A DNA stretch of 36,626 nucleotides from Nostoc sp. DedSLP01 (GTDB lineage: Bacteria; Cyanobacteriota; Cyanobacteriia; Cyanobacteriales; Nostocaceae), in assembly GCA_034530875.2 (NCBI GenBank), contig JAVRCJ020000057.1:1-36626 (forward strand). Direction: 5' to 3'. The notes under the pieces are model-generated. The model saw nothing but the letters and a program-made list of their open reading frames with translations, was not told the origin of the DNA and did no database searches. The number at the start of each line of letters is the position of its first letter. Position 1 is the first letter of the stretch. Positions 33,241-36,626 of this stretch are shown in pieces. The position numbers were made by a program, and so were the translations under genes.

Positions 33241-34521
33241 ATGAGTAACGTACTCTCTATAGCCGCCGTGACAGCAGTACTCAAAGTTTTGCTGGAAAAC
33301 GGTTTAGTCAGCGATCCGATCGCTGCTAGTGTTGGTGATGCGATCGTAACTGCCCTACCGCCCGATCGCATTTCAGTTGAAGCGGATGAGCGCGCTCAAC
33401 TCAACCTCTTTCTCTACCAAGTTACTCAGAATCGTAATGTTGATTGGGTATCTCAGGAATTTCGCAGCAGACATTCACGCGTAAATGGAAATTTGCGCTC
33501 TACAACTCCACCACTCGCTCTCGATCTCCACTATGTTGTAACAGCCTACGGAGCTAAGGATTTTCAAGCAGAGCTTTTACTAGGATACGCAATGCATTTG
33601 TTACATAAAAGCCAATGTATCACAGCGGATATTATTGAAAATAGTTTAATTAATGCCTCTACAACCAATACCTCAAGTGCTTTTTCGCAAGCTGTTGCTG
33701 GTGTGTCTGTATCCGATTTAGCACAAGCAATGGGACAAATTAAGCTGACCCCAGAGTTTTTTAACATGGAAGAAACTTCTAAGTTATGGTCTGCTTTACA
33801 AACGCACTATCGACCTTCAGCTACCTATTTAGCATCAATGGTATTGATTGAGAGTACTAAATCTGATAACCTTCAAGGCTTCTACATAATGCCTTTGTCT
33901 CAACCGAATATCGAACAAGTGATAGCCTCGGCAAAAACTGAATACGAACAAATGATTGTTGCTGATACAACATTAATTATTCGTGGTAAGCGGTTACGCG
34001 GAGATATCACTAGAGTTCGATTAGGTAACAGCGATAAATTACTCGTACCTCAAGATGTTAAAGAAACGCAAATCAGCTTGTTAGTCCCAGCAGATTTGTA
34101 CCCCAGCGTGCAAAGTATCCAAGTTGTACATCAGGCATTGGGCAACACAGGACAAACGAATCGGATAGTTGAATCCAATGTTGCTGCTTTTGTCCTCCAT
34201 CCAACAATTACGGCATTTGTGGGTCAGGTGGAAAATAATGGCAATAATTTATGCTCGGCAGAAATTACCATCAAATTCCATCCCAAAGTTGGCAAGGCAC
34301 AGCGAATAATTTTGCTGCTCAGTGATTTATCAGCCCCAAGTCTGGTAGCTTACTCTTTTTTAGTTGCCCCGCGCGCTGAAGATACTGATGCAATTGATAT
34401 TCCTGTTAACAATGTCAAGCCAGGAACTTATATCGTGCGGGTGCGGGTAGACGGAGCCGAAAGCCCGTTGTCCAAAAATCAATCTGGAGAGTATGATTCC
34501 CCACAGGTGACAATTCCATGA
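33241..34521 (+). CDS. Pvc16/Afp16-like DUF4255 tail-terminator protein with C-terminal IPT/Ig-like domains
   Basis: SIAAVTAVL, LNLFLYQV, PPLALDLHYVVTAYG, LLGYAMHLLH, KLWSALQTHYRPSATY; GAGG RBS. Confidence 0.85.
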   Translation: MSNVLSIAAVTAVLKVLLENGLVSDPIAASVGDAIVTALPPDRISVEADERAQLNLFLYQVTQNRNVDWVSQEFRSRHSRVNGNLRSTTPPLALDLHYVVTAYGAKDFQAELLLGYAMHLLHKSQCITADIIENSLINASTTNTSSAFSQAVAGVSVSDLAQAMGQIKLTPEFFNMEETSKLWSALQTHYRPSATYLASMVLIESTKSDNLQGFYIMPLSQPNIEQVIASAKTEYEQMIVADTTLIIRGKRLRGDITRVRLGNSDKLLVPQDVKETQISLLVPADLYPSVQSIQVVHQALGNTGQTNRIVESNVAAFVLHPTITAFVGQVENNGNNLCSAEITIKFHPKVGKAQRIILLLSDLSAPSLVAYSFLVAPRAEDTDAIDIPVNNVKPGTYIVRVRVDGAESPLSKNQSGEYDSPQVTIP

Positions 34522-36500
34522 ACGCTACAACTATCGATTGGGATCGGGCAAACTATCGCTACCTCTCAGCAGCCTTAGCCGTCGTGCGTGGGATTTTAGA
34601 AAATCACACTGCCAGTTTGCAAAATCAACCTGAGGTGCAATACGAAAATTTACAGCACGCACTCCAAGAAGCTGCTGCTGCTATGCCTGCACCATCGACA
34701 TTAGATAGAGTCTGTAAAATGTTTAGGCTCTCATCCTTTGAGAGGGATTTGTTGCTGCTATGTGCGGGGATCGAATTGAATGGAGATTTTGCAAAATTAT
34801 GCGCTAAAGTACACAACGATCCACAACGAGCTTACCCGACGTTAAGTTTAGCTTTAGCAACTTTACCTCACGTCCATTGGGATGCGATCGCCCCAAATGC
34901 TCCCCTACGTCATTGGCGATTAATTCAAATTGGCGATGCTCATGCCCTAACCCTCAGTCCCCTAAGGATTGACGAGCGAATTTTGCATTATCTCACAGGT
35001 ATTCAATACCTTGACGAACGCCTAGCTGGCATCATTGAACCATTATCAGAAGTTAGCGATTTAGTACCCTCCTACCAAGAACTTGCAGAACGAGTTGCAG
35101 CTGTATGGTCGCAAGCTCATAAGATAGATAGCTTGCCAATTATACAGTTATGTGGTATCGAAAGTAGCAGCAAACGCGCCATTGCGGCGAGAATTTGTCA
35201 AATTCAGGGTTTGAGTTTGTGGGTAATGCCTGCACGAGTTATTCCTCAAGTACCAGGAGAGTTGGATAATCTGATTCGGTTGTGGACTCGCGAGACGATT
35301 TTAAGTAGGTGTGCTTTACTGCTGGATTGCAACGAACTCGATAAAAATGATACAGCGCGGCTGAATGCGATCGCTCATTTCATCGAACGCACCAACGGCT
35401 TTTTAATCGTTACCAGTCGGGAACGAATGCGCCTACCACAACGCTTGTTAGTTAGTTATGACGTACATCAACCAACCAATCAAGAACAAGGTGTAGTTTG
35501 GCAAGATGCACTAGCAACGTTTGCACCCCAAATGAACGGGCAAGTCAAAACCTTAGTAGAGCAGTTTAACTTGAGTCCTGCAACTATTCGCGCTGCTTGT
35601 GCAGAAGCCGCAGGACAACTGTCACAAACGCCCGAAAAGGATATCGGCAATATTTTATGGGATGCCTGCCGCGTGCAAGCACGTCCGCGCTTAGATGAAC
35701 TCGCCCAGCGAATTGAGCCATCTGGTGATTGGGACGACTTGATATTACCAGAAGCCCAGAAACAAATTCTCCGTGAAATCGCGGCACACGTGCGGCAACG
35801 CAGTACTGTATATCACAATTGGGGTTTTGCTGCTAAAGGTGGGCGGGGCTTGGGAATCAGTGCCTTATTTGCAGGCGGTAGCGGCACAGGTAAAACCTTG
35901 GGGGCAGAAGTTCTGGCACATAGATTGTGCCTCGATTTGTATCGTATTGACTTGTCCTCAGTAGTCAGTAAGTATATTGGCGAGACAGAAAAGAATCTGC
36001 GACAGGTATTTGATGCCGCAGAACAAGGCGGAGTAATATTGTTATTTGATGAAGCTGACGCCTTATTTGGCAAACGTAGTGAAGTCAAAGATGCACGCGA
36101 TCGCTATGCAAACATCGAAGTCAGCTACTTATTGCAACGTATGGAAAGCTACCCAGGTTTAGCAGTTCTTACTACTAACCTCAAGAGTGCAATTGATACA
36201 GCCTTTCTGCGGCGGATTCGTTTCGTAGTCCAGTTTCCCTTCCCCGACACAGCCCAAAGAGCCGAGATTTGGCGACGCGTCTTCCCAGCCAACACACCAA
36301 CCGCAGACTTAGACGCCCTGAAGCTGGCACGATTGAATGTCGCTGGCGGTAATATTCGTAACATCGCTTTAAATGCAGCTTTTTTGGCCGCCGATGCCGA
36401 CGAACCCGTGCAGATGAAACACGTATTGCGAGCTGCTCAGACAGAATATACCAAATTAGAGAAGCCTTTGACTGACGCCGAAATTGGTGGGTGGATTTAA
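34518..36500 (+). CDS. Afp15/Pvc15-like AAA+ ATPase of contractile injection systems
   Basis: FAGGSGTGKT, IDLSSVVSKYIGETEKNL, LLFDEADALFGKRSEVKDARDRYAN, DTAFLRR; ATGA-coupled to the DUF4255 gene. Confidence 0.88.
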   Translation: MNATTIDWDRANYRYLSAALAVVRGILENHTASLQNQPEVQYENLQHALQEAAAAMPAPSTLDRVCKMFRLSSFERDLLLLCAGIELNGDFAKLCAKVHNDPQRAYPTLSLALATLPHVHWDAIAPNAPLRHWRLIQIGDAHALTLSPLRIDERILHYLTGIQYLDERLAGIIEPLSEVSDLVPSYQELAERVAAVWSQAHKIDSLPIIQLCGIESSSKRAIAARICQIQGLSLWVMPARVIPQVPGELDNLIRLWTRETILSRCALLLDCNELDKNDTARLNAIAHFIERTNGFLIVTSRERMRLPQRLLVSYDVHQPTNQEQGVVWQDALATFAPQMNGQVKTLVEQFNLSPATIRAACAEAAGQLSQTPEKDIGNILWDACRVQARPRLDELAQRIEPSGDWDDLILPEAQKQILREIAAHVRQRSTVYHNWGFAAKGGRGLGISALFAGGSGTGKTLGAEVLAHRLCLDLYRIDLSSVVSKYIGETEKNLRQVFDAAEQGGVILLFDEADALFGKRSEVKDARDRYANIEVSYLLQRMESYPGLAVLTTNLKSAIDTAFLRRIRFVVQFPFPDTAQRAEIWRRVFPANTPTADLDALKLARLNVAGGNIRNIALNAAFLAADADEPVQMKHVLRAAQTEYTKLEKPLTDAEIGGWI

Positions 36501-36626
36501 TGACACATATATTCCCCTATTTACTGAACGTACTGCCAAGCATCACAGTACTGACGGGGTGACAAGGAGTCTGGAAGGACTGGTATATCAAGATGTGACG
36601 ATTGTACGGTAGAAAAAGATAGGTCA

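Overview
Chromosomal window from a filamentous, probably heterocystous (Nostocales-like) cyanobacterium. The assignment rests on the many HIP1 GCGATCGC octamers, the 7-bp STRR-type repeats and the phycobilisome genes. The core genes are the main ATP synthase operon (atp1-a-c-b'-b-delta-alpha-gamma, minus strand), a SAM methyltransferase, apcE-apcA-apcB-apcC and ftsW. Two accessory regions stand out. (1) About 8.7-14.3 kb is a gene-turnover hotspot. It holds xisH/xisI, a TerY-like vWA gene followed by a deleted PP2C remnant, broken PIN toxins, a HicB-like gene and an Rpn/DUF4351 gene. Several modules end in copies of the methyltransferase 5' leader, including one 55-bp duplication of its start region. 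(2) About 22.9-36.6 kb holds two signal-peptide-less single-pass proteins (Ig-like domains + TM + WD40 or Cys-paired domains), a large CPBP protease and a repeat-rich Ser/Thr kinase. A divergent Pvc16/DUF4255 + Afp15-type AAA+ ATPase pair follows, which is the hallmark of a contractile injection system. Several MITEs and an IS-type end that truncates a gene at the left edge are also visible. All calls come from motif reading only; no searches were run.
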